DNA from: Fibrobacterales bacterium
GTDB lineage: Bacteria > Fibrobacterota > Fibrobacteria > Fibrobacterales > JAOPTW01
DNA: 64,000 nucleotides
Assembly (NCBI GenBank): GCA_051532055.1
Contig: JAOPTX010000008.1
Span: 32,001 to 96,000, forward strand
Direction: 5' to 3'
The notes under the pieces were generated by a model. The model saw only the letters and a list, made by a program, of their open reading frames with translations, did no database searches and was not told the DNA's origin. Numbering within the stretch: the stretch's first letter is position 1; each line of letters begins with the position of its first letter. The translations under genes and the position numbers were made by a program. Below, piece after piece: positions 19,571-30,137 of the stretch.

Positions 19571-19700
19571 TCAACATCGTCACTCATATGCTCTGGGTCA
19601 TAGATACTAACAGTGCTATTTCGGGAGGATTACTCTTCTATTAATAGACAAGACATCATTGTTGTTTAATACTCAACTCAGCAATTAACGAATGTTAAAA

Positions 19701-19728
19701 GTTGAGTTGAGTTGAGTTGAGTTGAGTT
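19701..19728. repeat. Pentanucleotide SSR (GTTGA)5+
   Basis: gttga x5 then gtt, between convergent genes; complementary actcaactca at ~19671-19680. Confidence 0.85.
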
Positions 19729-19779
19729 AGAATCGTTGTAGTCATTGACTACAACGTTGTCTCATAATTGTATTATTCA

Positions 19780-20757
19780 TCAAAAATTTGGTTTTCTATT
19801 CCAATAGTAATCGCTGTCATTATCCCCATTAATTATAAATCTTGAATCCAATGCCCTATCCTGAGTTGATGTCAACGACCATTCAACATTCGTTCCTCTT
19901 TGAACCCATTCATGCACATCTTCTGTTAGGTATAATCTTTCATCTTCATTACCATACATTTTAATTTTAATTTTTTCAGGTAACCAGGGGTCGTTTCCTG
20001 TATACTCTACACTTCCTTGTTGCGGCGCTAAAATCATTTTCTTAATTTTTAACCTAAAAGGGTACGTTTGTTTGTTTGACCAAAAAGGGTGGGTATTCGG
20101 ATAATCAATATATCCAAGGTCCATATCTGCTTGACTCAAAAAATCTGTCTGATTATTAAAGTTTATATCATAATAGAATACATCTCTGTCTCCGGCCCTT
20201 AAGTCGTTATCAGCAGGGTCATTTAGGTTAAATAATACAGTCCATTCTGCTGTACGTTTTGGGGAATTAAGTCCGCACTGAATAAATCTAGGATATGAGA
20301 AGACAATTTTTTGTTTACAAGTACTTGGGTAATATTCTACATAAAAAACAACTCCAAGTAGAGGGTGCATAGTAGTTCCCGCTCCAGACGCTGTAGAGGT
20401 ATATGTTTCAATTATGATACTTAAATGATTATTAACAGGGTGAAATGAAAACTCTGCTTTATCATAAACTTGGCGGACATCTCTATTTTTTCCATTCCAA
20501 TACAAAGGCTCTACTTGGTTCCAATACGGGTCAGGGTCATAATTAAATCTACTTATTGTTTTAGCAGCAATTTGTCCATTATCTTCTGGAATCACCATTT
20601 CTAAAACATCTGATTGATCAACGGTACCATCTGGATTTTCTATCACTTTTTCTTTGATCTCAGTTTCTGACACTTCCGATGTCACACCTCCAACATCACA
20701 TCCCATGCTGAGTAAAGGTATCGCAAAAACTAATATAAGTTTCTTATTAATTAACAT
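19780..20757 (-). CDS. Lipoprotein with probable PLAT/LH2-like domain
   Basis: Lipobox SMGC; 'T.T..GAGT', 'NDLRAGDRDVF', 'WLPEKIKI' resemble PLAT consensus blocks. Confidence 0.5.
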   Translation of the reverse strand: MLINKKLILVFAIPLLSMGCDVGGVTSEVSETEIKEKVIENPDGTVDQSDVLEMVIPEDNGQIAAKTISRFNYDPDPYWNQVEPLYWNGKNRDVRQVYDKAEFSFHPVNNHLSIIIETYTSTASGAGTTMHPLLGVVFYVEYYPSTCKQKIVFSYPRFIQCGLNSPKRTAEWTVLFNLNDPADNDLRAGDRDVFYYDINFNNQTDFLSQADMDLGYIDYPNTHPFWSNKQTYPFRLKIKKMILAPQQGSVEYTGNDPWLPEKIKIKMYGNEDERLYLTEDVHEWVQRGTNVEWSLTSTQDRALDSRFIINGDNDSDYYWNRKPNF

Positions 20758-21325
20758 TTATTCAATCTCCTAAAATATTTTCATTGTGTATAAAAGGTTT
20801 AATACAATACATAGATACTCGTGTAGTTAGCCGGACTAATATCTGCCCGAACGTTAATTTCTATATAGTGTGAGATAAATTTATTAACATCTTATAACCT
20901 AACAGCACAACGAGACTCAGACTAGACAAATTTTGTACACAGCCTGTGAACAAGTATCATATTATATCATCCCACTATAATCAGTCCTATTAGTAACAGC
21001 TCACATAGCTAGATACGACTCATTATACCAACCTTAGTTTTTAGGGAGGATTACAGTTCAAATACGTTTTGTTATTTGTACAAGCTCATTCCAGTGTTTA
21101 AATAGCAAATCAGCTGTAGATATTATCTGAATAGGCTATCCATGCAGGGAGCACTGTAAGCCTCAGGAGTAAGAACAACAATGCGTGTCAACGAGCTCTT
21201 ATGGATTAGGGCATTGTTTGTTACCAATGTCAAAAAATGCGACTGGAAAGTCATCACTGAGATTACGGGCCTTTCCCGTCAAAAATTCCAAAGCATTAAG
21301 AAATTGTGAGAATCAGAATCCCCTA

Positions 21326-22930
21326 CTACGGCGCAATCACCGTACTGAAATCTTCTGCAGGGCGCCACATTCCCTCTGCACCCTGAGTAATAGCATCTGA
21401 AACGATCCTCCCGGGATAGCGGCCGGTATTATCTAAGACAACACCGGGGGCACTGCTAGAATAGAGAAAGTCATAGCCAAATACTAACCCTGATCGATCG
21501 GCAATCTGAGAGGTATTTTTAGTGAGATTTAATACGATTTCATCAGAAGACAATGCACGATTCCATAAGCGTACATTATCAACACTGCAGGCGCTATACC
21601 AGGTATAGTGACCCCCAACAACATTTGAGCTTGCTCCAATTAGATTATCGGTACGAGGCATTGAGTCTGGCAATGCATTTTTTTCGGTATACTCAGAATA
21701 AATTGCACTGCCATTTATATACACAGACAAAAGGGTATCAGGAGTAACCGTCACTGCAATATGATTCCATTCATCATTTTCTATAGCAACGGGAATAATT
21801 TCAGTACTCTTTGTATCAACAGAGAGAGAGGGGTCTAATGCATTAAATACTTTATAGTGAAGACTGGGAGTATCCTTCCAAGGCCCCAACACCAATTCAA
21901 TACGAAACTGATCATTACCCTCTGCAGACAGACTCATTAAGCTAGAAAAACGGTATATGTCTGAATTCTGTACCCACAGTTCCATAGTAATACCATATTG
22001 AGGCCAATTCTTATCGATGGTCTCATCAATAGCGATATATTCATCAATGCCATTCAGGTGAAGTGTCTGTGTATCATCACTATACGCGCTACTTGAAATA
22101 GCTTCCTCAGACGAGGATAGGCTTTGAACAGAAGAATTGAAAGAACTCGAAGATACTTCAGAACTTGATTCGCTCCCCATGGATGGAGGCGCATCAACAC
22201 TTGACTCTTCAAAATCTACACTACTTGAACTGCTCGAACTAACCGCACTACTTGAACTGAATGAACTACTTGAGTTGCTTGAAGGAGCCGCACTAACCTC
22301 TGCATATATCTCTGTCAGGGTATCATTGGCGGTAATCTTAAAATACTCTGTATCAAAAGGAGCTTCTGCAACTTCCTCATCTACCAACAAGAGAGGGGTA
22401 TAGTAACCCGGCGGCACATCTGAAAAAGTAACGATGACCCAAGAATCGTTTATTATTACCTGTGCACTATAAGTTGTGTTGTACAGTGACACAACTCCCG
22501 CTTCTGCATCCTCTGAATAAGGAAAAGTGATTACGAGCTCCCCAGTCTTTTTGAGAGTATCGTTCACTGGCTCTGAAGCATCCGCTTCTATCGTGACTCT
22601 CCCTTTGTACAATCCTTGCTTATCAGTTGCATAGTCAATTTCTAGAGCATAGCTTTTGTCGGGAATGTCTTCTATAACATAAGTACCATCATTATCAGTG
22701 GTGGCTGTCAAAACAGACTCTTCCTCTTTATGCATAGCACCCCGAGGCACTAACCGAACCTTAGCGTTATAGGCAGGCTGCCCATCAACAGTGTAGACCG
22801 TGCCCGCAATTGAGCCTCCAGATTCAATATCAGTAATCCCGAGCTCGCCCCGTTCGGCCACAGTACACGCACTCAAAACGTACACAAATAAGAGTGCAAA
22901 AACACCTCTGTAGTGATCATAAAAAAACAT
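21326..22930 (-). CDS. Lipoprotein: carboxypeptidase-regulatory-like domain, Ser-rich linker, LamG-like (Laminin_G_3) domain
   Basis: Lipobox LSAC; 'IAGTVYTVDGQPAYNAKVRL', 'TDNDGTYVIEDIP'; 'ITMELWV..WNHIAVT..VYING..VDNVRLWNRALS'. Confidence 0.8.
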   Translation of the reverse strand: MFFYDHYRGVFALLFVYVLSACTVAERGELGITDIESGGSIAGTVYTVDGQPAYNAKVRLVPRGAMHKEEESVLTATTDNDGTYVIEDIPDKSYALEIDYATDKQGLYKGRVTIEADASEPVNDTLKKTGELVITFPYSEDAEAGVVSLYNTTYSAQVIINDSWVIVTFSDVPPGYYTPLLLVDEEVAEAPFDTEYFKITANDTLTEIYAEVSAAPSSNSSSSFSSSSAVSSSSSSSVDFEESSVDAPPSMGSESSSEVSSSSFNSSVQSLSSSEEAISSSAYSDDTQTLHLNGIDEYIAIDETIDKNWPQYGITMELWVQNSDIYRFSSLMSLSAEGNDQFRIELVLGPWKDTPSLHYKVFNALDPSLSVDTKSTEIIPVAIENDEWNHIAVTVTPDTLLSVYINGSAIYSEYTEKNALPDSMPRTDNLIGASSNVVGGHYTWYSACSVDNVRLWNRALSSDEIVLNLTKNTSQIADRSGLVFGYDFLYSSSAPGVVLDNTGRYPGRIVSDAITQGAEGMWRPAEDFSTVIAP

Positions 22931-23172
22931 GATATAGCCCTGCTTGTCTTGACTTACACTCGGCACAACGGCCGTCTCCCAAAGTCATTCAATTGATAAT
23001 CTGTCGCCCAGCCCATAATATAACCGAAAACACATTTTTATGCTTCTCAATTGAATGAATACTCCAGTAAACAGACAATTCTAACTTCTAAAAAATCAAA
23101 TAACACAAGAATCGTTGCTATTCAAAGGACATTGCAGAAAACGATATATGAGAACAAACACTATATAAAAGC

Positions 23173-24603
23173 TTACGGTGCAAATTGTGGTGTTCTCACC
23201 GAACCATTCACCTCAAACACTACATCTTTAATAATGACGGTACCTTTCGTATCATCACCTATTTCACTACCGATCTCGAAACGCGTCACCCAATATTCAT
23301 CAGATATGCCTGCGGTAGTAACCAACCAATCAAGAGCGACTTTCACATCAAGGACCCCAGTAAATTCATTCATAGAACCATCATCTGCTCTAAACTGATA
23401 ATACTTCCAGTCACCCGACCCCCAACTATCATCTTGGTGACACAGTGTATACTTTTCTGTGCCCGCATCCAAGGTAATACCAGTACCAAATTTACTCTCC
23501 ATTTTGCTACGATCGCATTTCCACCGGCCAGAATGCCAACCCCAAAAAGTCATTAGTTCTACTTTAGGCTGTGGCTGATTGGTAGTGGTTGGATCATATT
23601 TAGTGAGCCACATCTCAAAATTCACATTCCAACTTTTACTCTTTTCAAGATCGATAGCAAGTGAATCTATAGTAATTGTTGCACTCATGATATTCTTCAC
23701 TTGCAATGGAAGAATTGCAGTACTTGAACGAGTTGGTGACGCTGTTCTATCACTATTATTGAAAGGAGAGGCACCGATCTCAATCTCCGGATAATCAGGA
23801 GTATTATGGGGGTGACTCGGTTGACATGCTCCTCTATCGAATTCCCAGCCAAAGCGATACTCTGCATCGACAAATATTTCGTAATCCGAATCACATTTCA
23901 ATAGTTCAGACCCCCAGGTATTCCTAAAGAGCTCAATGTCTCCCATATGAACACGTGCCCAATCTGAATCTTTTGAAATCGGTACCGTAACAGTTCCGGG
24001 GTGCCCGCTCACAGCACTTGAAAAACTCACAACTGAACTACTTGATGATACAGATGATGATATGGATGAAGAACTCACTGGTAGGCTACTTGAGCTTGAT
24101 GACCGTGAACTACTTACTGTGACACTACTAGAACTCACAGGAACCGATGTACTACTTGACAGAGAACTACTGATGAGTGAGATACTTGATGAAACGGTAG
24201 TGACTGAGCTTTGTGTTTGCGCTGAACTTAGGAGTGAATCAGGTTGAGCACTGGAAGAGTTACCCTGACTCCCCTGAGAATCGTTGGTTGAAGAGCTACC
24301 GCCCGTAGCTCCAGGATCTGAAGTACGCACACTTGAGCTACTTTGAACACTCGAATTAGGTAGCTCAACAGCAGATGAGGATACCAGAGGAGCACTACTA
24401 CTCGGGTTACTGTCTGTTGCTGCAGAGAGACTTGAAGATACGCTCACGTCAGTTGTGGTAGTATCATCGGGTATGGTTGCTCCTATCTGGTGCGAGCTGC
24501 TGGGTAGTGGTGATGGTGTACTCGTAGGTGAGCTATTTGAATCATTACATCCTAAGAAGCTTAACAATGCTGTAAGGATGATAACTAGGTAGGGGTGAAT
24601 CAT
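23173..24603 (-). CDS. Lipoprotein with long Ser-rich linker and GH12-like glycoside hydrolase domain
   Basis: Lipobox FLGC; 'YPEIEIG', 'NVNFEMWL', 'ELMTFW' (nucleophile-like), 'FEIGSE' (acid/base-like). Confidence 0.7.
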   Translation of the reverse strand: MIHPYLVIILTALLSFLGCNDSNSSPTSTPSPLPSSSHQIGATIPDDTTTTDVSVSSSLSAATDSNPSSSAPLVSSSAVELPNSSVQSSSSVRTSDPGATGGSSSTNDSQGSQGNSSSAQPDSLLSSAQTQSSVTTVSSSISLISSSLSSSTSVPVSSSSVTVSSSRSSSSSSLPVSSSSISSSVSSSSSVVSFSSAVSGHPGTVTVPISKDSDWARVHMGDIELFRNTWGSELLKCDSDYEIFVDAEYRFGWEFDRGACQPSHPHNTPDYPEIEIGASPFNNSDRTASPTRSSTAILPLQVKNIMSATITIDSLAIDLEKSKSWNVNFEMWLTKYDPTTTNQPQPKVELMTFWGWHSGRWKCDRSKMESKFGTGITLDAGTEKYTLCHQDDSWGSGDWKYYQFRADDGSMNEFTGVLDVKVALDWLVTTAGISDEYWVTRFEIGSEIGDDTKGTVIIKDVVFEVNGSVRTPQFAP

Positions 24604-24710
24604 AGTTATTATCTCTATTTTATGTATGGTGAGATAAATATAGCCATTAACTATCCAGATCAGTATTGTGATCTGGCTAATAAAAATAGTAAGCGATTTT
24701 TATGGATAAT

Positions 24711-25868
24711 TTATTGAACAAAATCCATATCCTTCCCAATAGTGATATTGTCAAAATAGACCACACGCTTGTCCGCAGTAGTCTCTTTAGCGTTCCACTT
24801 AGGGCAATAGAGTCCCCACTTGATATAATTTTTCCGCTCACTCGCTAATGAAAAGAGTGTCGGAATATCGAGTTTTTCTAACACCTGAGTATACTTGGTT
24901 TCTGTCTGTAACTTATGCCAAACGGCAAAAGATCCATCAGGAGCACTTGACCATACTATGTTAAAAATAAAATCATTCCATACTCCCTCTACAAGAGACG
25001 TCACCGTCTCCTGTCCTTTAAAACCATCATAGCTATGGCGAAGAATAAACTCTTTTCGCTTTATTCCAAAAAAGATATGCGGGCCACCACCGACCCCGGT
25101 CATTTTCCATTGATACAGAATATCTTCATTCGCACCATCATCAACCCACCCTTCAGGTATATACACACTCATTCTATAGTAAAGGCTATCCCCTTCCGTA
25201 AACATCGCGCCCTCCACATCCAGTGCATCATTCTCAGAACGGGTTCCGTTAAACGCCAAATTGTCACTACTGCGAAGTTCAAACCGCGCTGAATACTTTC
25301 CTGAGCGTACAATGGTCTCATCAATAGTCGCACTATACTCTTTTGTTGTATCATGCCCCAGGCCAAGGGTTTCACTCTTCAGTAAGCCATCTTCATAATC
25401 AATATGATAGAGATATGTTTCGGGATTAATGGAGCAAACAGGGCCCTCGTGACAGTCAGGGTCATAACAATCCATCAAGCCATCCGCGTCATTATCAATC
25501 ATATCATCACATACACGTTCTACAGTATCAACATCACTACGAGAGCTGCTCACCTGCTCTATACTACTACTCCCTTGTTCTATAGCACTACTGAAATCGG
25601 TAACGACACTTGATTCATGCGAAGAGATTGTTGAATATACGGATGAAGAGAATTCTGAACTACTTTCACTTTCATGTGATAGCGGTAATAACGTATTACT
25701 TGAAAGGTCTTCCGAACTCTCGTCATCTATTGCTGAGCTTATTTCATCCGAGCTCAGTTCCTTTGAATCTGAACTCAATTCAGTATGAGCGATGACGCTC
25801 TCTTTTGTTGAAAAACAACCTGTTATGGCTAATAGAATGATTATTTGTAGTGCGACTAAATACGACAT
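24711..25868 (-). CDS. Lipoprotein: Ser-rich linker, one Cys/Asp repeat, polysaccharide lyase (PF14099-like jelly-roll) domain
   Basis: Lipobox ITGC; 'SGKYSARFEL', 'RSE', 'ILYQWK', 'YIKWGLY', 'VYFDNI'. Confidence 0.75.
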   Translation of the reverse strand: MSYLVALQIIILLAITGCFSTKESVIAHTELSSDSKELSSDEISSAIDDESSEDLSSNTLLPLSHESESSSEFSSSVYSTISSHESSVVTDFSSAIEQGSSSIEQVSSSRSDVDTVERVCDDMIDNDADGLMDCYDPDCHEGPVCSINPETYLYHIDYEDGLLKSETLGLGHDTTKEYSATIDETIVRSGKYSARFELRSSDNLAFNGTRSENDALDVEGAMFTEGDSLYYRMSVYIPEGWVDDGANEDILYQWKMTGVGGGPHIFFGIKRKEFILRHSYDGFKGQETVTSLVEGVWNDFIFNIVWSSAPDGSFAVWHKLQTETKYTQVLEKLDIPTLFSLASERKNYIKWGLYCPKWNAKETTADKRVVYFDNITIGKDMDFVQ

Positions 25869-25990
25869 ATTCCCCCAAAGATTAAATCAATATAGTGTGT
25901 GTGTTGTGCACTTAAAAATAAATTATTTGCGTCCTTTCAGAACAAACCATAGTAGCTACCATTCAATGAATGTTTATATACTGTGCTTAT

Positions 25991-28006
25991 TTACTTAATC
26001 AACAGAGGGGTTAAGACACTCCCTATCTTTACAACATACGCTCCCGAGGGCAATACTTCATAAAAGGTCTCTGCCTCACTACCACTTAAAGATACTATTT
26101 TAACAACACTCCCATCCATTCCATAGACAACGACCTTCTCCACTTGATTGTTCATATTAAAAGCCAAGAGTGGCCCTACCAGCTGCGAAACCTCACTATA
26201 AGGCGGACTAACCAATTCTGATGAGGATGATACTGAAGACGAAAGGATATCAGAAATATTGTCTACTGAAGAATACTCTAGAGTATCAATAACACTCGAT
26301 GAAGATGGTGATTGCACGCTCGAAGAAGAGAGTGCACTATCATCATGTAACAAGATAAAACCATAGAGATCAAGGTCCGAACTCACGATACTCACCCCAA
26401 AGGTTCGCGCTCCCTCTGGTAAGGTAACCGGAAAAGTAATGCGGAATACTTCACCTTCGGTATTGGGAATCTCAAACTCACCTAATTGATCACCCCCACC
26501 GTAATACTCAAACGAGAGAGTACTCAAGCTTGTAGTTGACACCTCTATAGCAAGAGTCCACTCTTTTTCTTCAGGCACATACAGCGTATATGCTAACCAG
26601 TTACCAGTTTTCATTCCTGCAAGATAGGACCGTCCCCCACTGTTCACTTCTTCACCACCCTCCTTATTACAATAATGCACGGCTGCTATTTCTTCATTCG
26701 GATAGTAAGGGTTTTGGGTATCACAACTACGGTGTCCTGTGGTCAATGCATCAATCGAACCATTATTTCGTTCGGTATGTTCGAGCCTAACATTTTCTGC
26801 AAGTTCCATCAGTGTCGCAAAGGCGTTATCAGCATCAGGTTTTTGTCTATCAGTACTCCCTGGGTTCTGAGTCGTATAATCCCAATAGTCAAGAAGCTCT
26901 TGATACCCATCAGGTATAGTAATTTTATGCATACCAGCATTGAGTTTCTTCCAGGTCCACCACGCCCAACCAATAGTATGCTCTTCGAGAAGTTCCACTG
27001 CATCATAAAACCACTTATCAGTATTTTCGCCCGACTCACTCATCCAAAGAGGAGTATGATACTGATCGCGCATTCCCGTGTACTCAGCAATAGACCCAAC
27101 GGTATTCTCATTCCAGTATTTGTGAAAACTGATAATAACATTATCATCAGCTACAGGCATAGGCCACAGACCATTGTGGTTTCCGCCCCAACAGTTCCCC
27201 GAAATAACAATCATGTGATTGGGGTCCACTGAACGAATGGCAGGGATTAATTCCGCATACATTTCTCTGAGCGGTTCATTCCTCTGATCATCACAGCCAT
27301 TTCTACTCCCGCCTTCAAAGGCCCAATTGGGTTCATTCAGAGGGTCATAGCCACCAACCCATTCATTATCTGCATAGCGCTCGGCAAGCTTAACCCAAAG
27401 AGCAACAGTCTTCCTTCGGTTTTCAGCACTCTCCCATAACGACGGTTTATCAGGGTCATAATCATTGATGTTCCCGTTATACCCCTGCCCACCGGGTGCG
27501 GCATGCATATCAAGTATCATATAGATATGATGGCGCTCTCCCCACAGTACCAGAGAGTCTATCATGGTAAAACCCTTATCGAGCCACGTATCTTGGCCCT
27601 CTACGGGTTCTTTGTCTATGGGGGGCGTAAATAGATTAAAATGCATGGGGATCCGTACGGTATTAAAGCCCGACTCTTTTAAGGCAATCACATCCTGTTC
27701 AATAAAAAAATTATCGAGCCATTTCTGATGAAACTCCTCCATCCGATCAACGCCAATAACATCCGCAATGTCATCCAAAATTTTATGTTGGCCTTCATCA
27801 GCGCTCTGATTTAGGTCGAGCATATAGGGCTCCATAACCATCCAGCCCCCAATACCCATCGCGCGAATCATATAGTTTTGGCCAGAGCCATCAACAATGT
27901 CGGTTCCCTCTGCGTGGAGAAAACCTCGACCAAATGATGTTGAAATTGTTGCACCAACTACTACCATCAAAAACAGAACTCTGCTAAAAATTCCTGCTTG
28001 TTTCAT
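25991..28006 (-). CDS. GH5 glycoside hydrolase + CBM6-like module + Ser linker + T9SS-like CTD
   Basis: 'GFNTVRIPMHF', 'LDMHAAPGGQ', 'LNEP', 'FHKYW', 'PLWMSESGEN'; C-terminal 'VYGMDG...LPSGAYVVKI'. Confidence 0.88.
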   Translation of the reverse strand: MKQAGIFSRVLFLMVVVGATISTSFGRGFLHAEGTDIVDGSGQNYMIRAMGIGGWMVMEPYMLDLNQSADEGQHKILDDIADVIGVDRMEEFHQKWLDNFFIEQDVIALKESGFNTVRIPMHFNLFTPPIDKEPVEGQDTWLDKGFTMIDSLVLWGERHHIYMILDMHAAPGGQGYNGNINDYDPDKPSLWESAENRRKTVALWVKLAERYADNEWVGGYDPLNEPNWAFEGGSRNGCDDQRNEPLREMYAELIPAIRSVDPNHMIVISGNCWGGNHNGLWPMPVADDNVIISFHKYWNENTVGSIAEYTGMRDQYHTPLWMSESGENTDKWFYDAVELLEEHTIGWAWWTWKKLNAGMHKITIPDGYQELLDYWDYTTQNPGSTDRQKPDADNAFATLMELAENVRLEHTERNNGSIDALTTGHRSCDTQNPYYPNEEIAAVHYCNKEGGEEVNSGGRSYLAGMKTGNWLAYTLYVPEEKEWTLAIEVSTTSLSTLSFEYYGGGDQLGEFEIPNTEGEVFRITFPVTLPEGARTFGVSIVSSDLDLYGFILLHDDSALSSSSVQSPSSSSVIDTLEYSSVDNISDILSSSVSSSSELVSPPYSEVSQLVGPLLAFNMNNQVEKVVVYGMDGSVVKIVSLSGSEAETFYEVLPSGAYVVKIGSVLTPLLIK

Positions 28007-28191
28007 GAGCACCCCTCTATGACTTTTGTATCACCGAAATACCTGAATTAAACGTGTGAAAATAGTACAGGCATTCCCAACTCCCATCACCATGTATTGA
28101 ACAATAATACACACAATTGAGTCACTAATAAATTATCTTATTTACCCAACAAACGCAACAATTGAATTATGGACATATGATATAAAAAAGC

Positions 28192-28311
28192 CTATTTTTT
28201 GGACGTATCAGCCACATCGGGCGCATCCGGTGCTGCTATTGGTAGAGAAATCACAAAAGTAGTGCCTTCTCAAAAATACAATACACTCAAGCCCAGTCCA
28301 GTACCTTGGCC
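28192..28311 (-). pseudogene. Relic of a histidine kinase HATPase_c C-terminus
   Basis: One frame reads GQGTGLGLSVLYF*EGTTFVISLPIAAPDAPDVADTSKK*. Confidence 0.7.
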
Positions 28312-28499
28312 ATAAATGATTGAGCACATAATTGCTTTAGTATACAATTATACAATGGTCGAGCTGGAACAGTCACTTGACTAAAAGACTCATGTTTCAT
28401 ACCCATTTTAGTATATCATAGTTCGCAGACGGATCAATACTTACTAGAAAAAGCTAAATACAGGTACTATGAGGTGTTTTTACTTTTTTTAAAGTCAAT

Positions 28500-30137
28500 T
28501 TATGGACGCCATGTTCCATTGACTCCCTGTTGGCCTATCATATCTATTAATGCCCCATCAAAGCCATGTACCGATTTATCCACTACGACAAGTGGTGATA
28601 AAGCATCATATTCAAAGTCATAACTGAGGACCAATCCTACGGTATCAGCGAGAGTTGTGGTTGAAAGAAACATATTGTCAGTAATTTCTTGTGCAGTACG
28701 CACTCCGCTCCATATGCGAACATTATCCATACTGCCTTTAAAATAACCATCCCACTTTTTACTCCCCTTACCCAAGTAGTTTTTATTTCGTACAACCTTG
28801 TTGGGGACCGCCTCTACACCACCTTCAACACTGTGAACAGCCATGCCATCCACATAGAACGTAATCCTTCCTTGAGGGGTTACTGATACTGCTACATGTT
28901 GCCAAGTATTGAGCACAAAAACAGAGTCGACTACAGCTGCCGCCCAATCATCCCCATTGTTATGAGTCGCTGCGTTATTAGCAACATACTTAAATTGTTT
29001 TGATTGATTATTGGGCCCATAGACAAGCCCCATTGATATCATGTACCCATAATCATCGCCACTTGATAAGTGAATTAAGTGAGTCCAATTCTTAAATTCA
29101 TCCCATTTCACCCACAACTCCATGGTGATTCCCGTCACTTTCCAATCCGGATTCATGCTCCCGGTAATATCTATATACTCAGGGTCACCGTCAAAGTGCA
29201 CTATTTCTAAGGGGTCACTTATTTGTATAGCCGATGACTGAGCTGCGCTACTTTGAATACTGATTGATGATGATGAGAGAGCGCTACTCCTTTCTATAAG
29301 GGTCTCACTTGATGAAACACTACTGCTCATTACTATTGACGAGCTTCCACCTGAAGAAACCTGAGGAGGAAGAACATGACTCGAAGAAGTCCCTGCTGTA
29401 ACTGACGAAACGGGCTGAGTATCAATTGATGATTGTGTAATTGTTATAGAAGAAGATACTGAAGATATGGAAGAAGAAGAAGAAGAAGAAAAATTACCGG
29501 CTGGTACTGATACTGAACTTAATGGTGTACCACCCCCTCCCTCACTTGAACTGAGACCTTTGGATGGATCATCAAGAGGTCCAGATATAATTTCAATGGG
29601 GGTCTTACCCACTGAACTACTACTCAGTGTGGCACCTACTAATCTCTCATACTCTATGGCAATAAACTTTTCTATAAAAAGGACTCCCGCCTGTTCCTTT
29701 GTTTTAAAAGCCCTAACCTCATCTATTTTTACAGTAAGAGAATCAATAATTCTTTTATCTTCTATAGAGTCATATTGAGCGATCTCTAATTCTTTTGCAG
29801 CGATTATTGAATCGTATGCTGTATTATACTGTTCCATCAATTGTTGTAATCGCTCAACCTTTATTAATATCACTTCGTCATACCGTTGCTGTAAACTCAA
29901 TTCAGTTGCTGTATTGGCGACCTCTTTTAACTGATACACCGTTTCAGCAAGCTGATTCATTTCTAAAACGGTACTTCTCAAATTATATGTGGGTGTCTCA
30001 CTGGTTTCTTCACTATTTGAATCAGCAGTATCGACGGGAGTTACCCCAGTACTGCACTGTGTAAATACGCCCAAACAGATCATAGCAATAATACTGATCA
30101 TAAAATATAGAGTAGAACTACGATGTGTCGATATCAT
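28500..30137 (-). CDS. Probable lipoprotein: coiled-coil region, Ser-rich linker, LamG-like domain
   Basis: FTQC lipobox-like; helical heptad region; LamG domain paralogous to 21326..22930 (GITMELWV, DNVRxW, GLVxxYDF, GxWRP). Confidence 0.75.
   Translation of the reverse strand: MISTHRSSTLYFMISIIAMICLGVFTQCSTGVTPVDTADSNSEETSETPTYNLRSTVLEMNQLAETVYQLKEVANTATELSLQQRYDEVILIKVERLQQLMEQYNTAYDSIIAAKELEIAQYDSIEDKRIIDSLTVKIDEVRAFKTKEQAGVLFIEKFIAIEYERLVGATLSSSSVGKTPIEIISGPLDDPSKGLSSSEGGGGTPLSSVSVPAGNFSSSSSSSISSVSSSITITQSSIDTQPVSSVTAGTSSSHVLPPQVSSGGSSSIVMSSSVSSSETLIERSSALSSSSISIQSSAAQSSAIQISDPLEIVHFDGDPEYIDITGSMNPDWKVTGITMELWVKWDEFKNWTHLIHLSSGDDYGYMISMGLVYGPNNQSKQFKYVANNAATHNNGDDWAAAVVDSVFVLNTWQHVAVSVTPQGRITFYVDGMAVHSVEGGVEAVPNKVVRNKNYLGKGSKKWDGYFKGSMDNVRIWSGVRTAQEITDNMFLSTTTLADTVGLVLSYDFEYDALSPLVVVDKSVHGFDGALIDMIGQQGVNGTWRP

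Noticed and set aside
29470..29490. (GAA)7 repeat as a phase-variation switch
   Set aside because: Trinucleotide in a Ser linker; slippage keeps the frame
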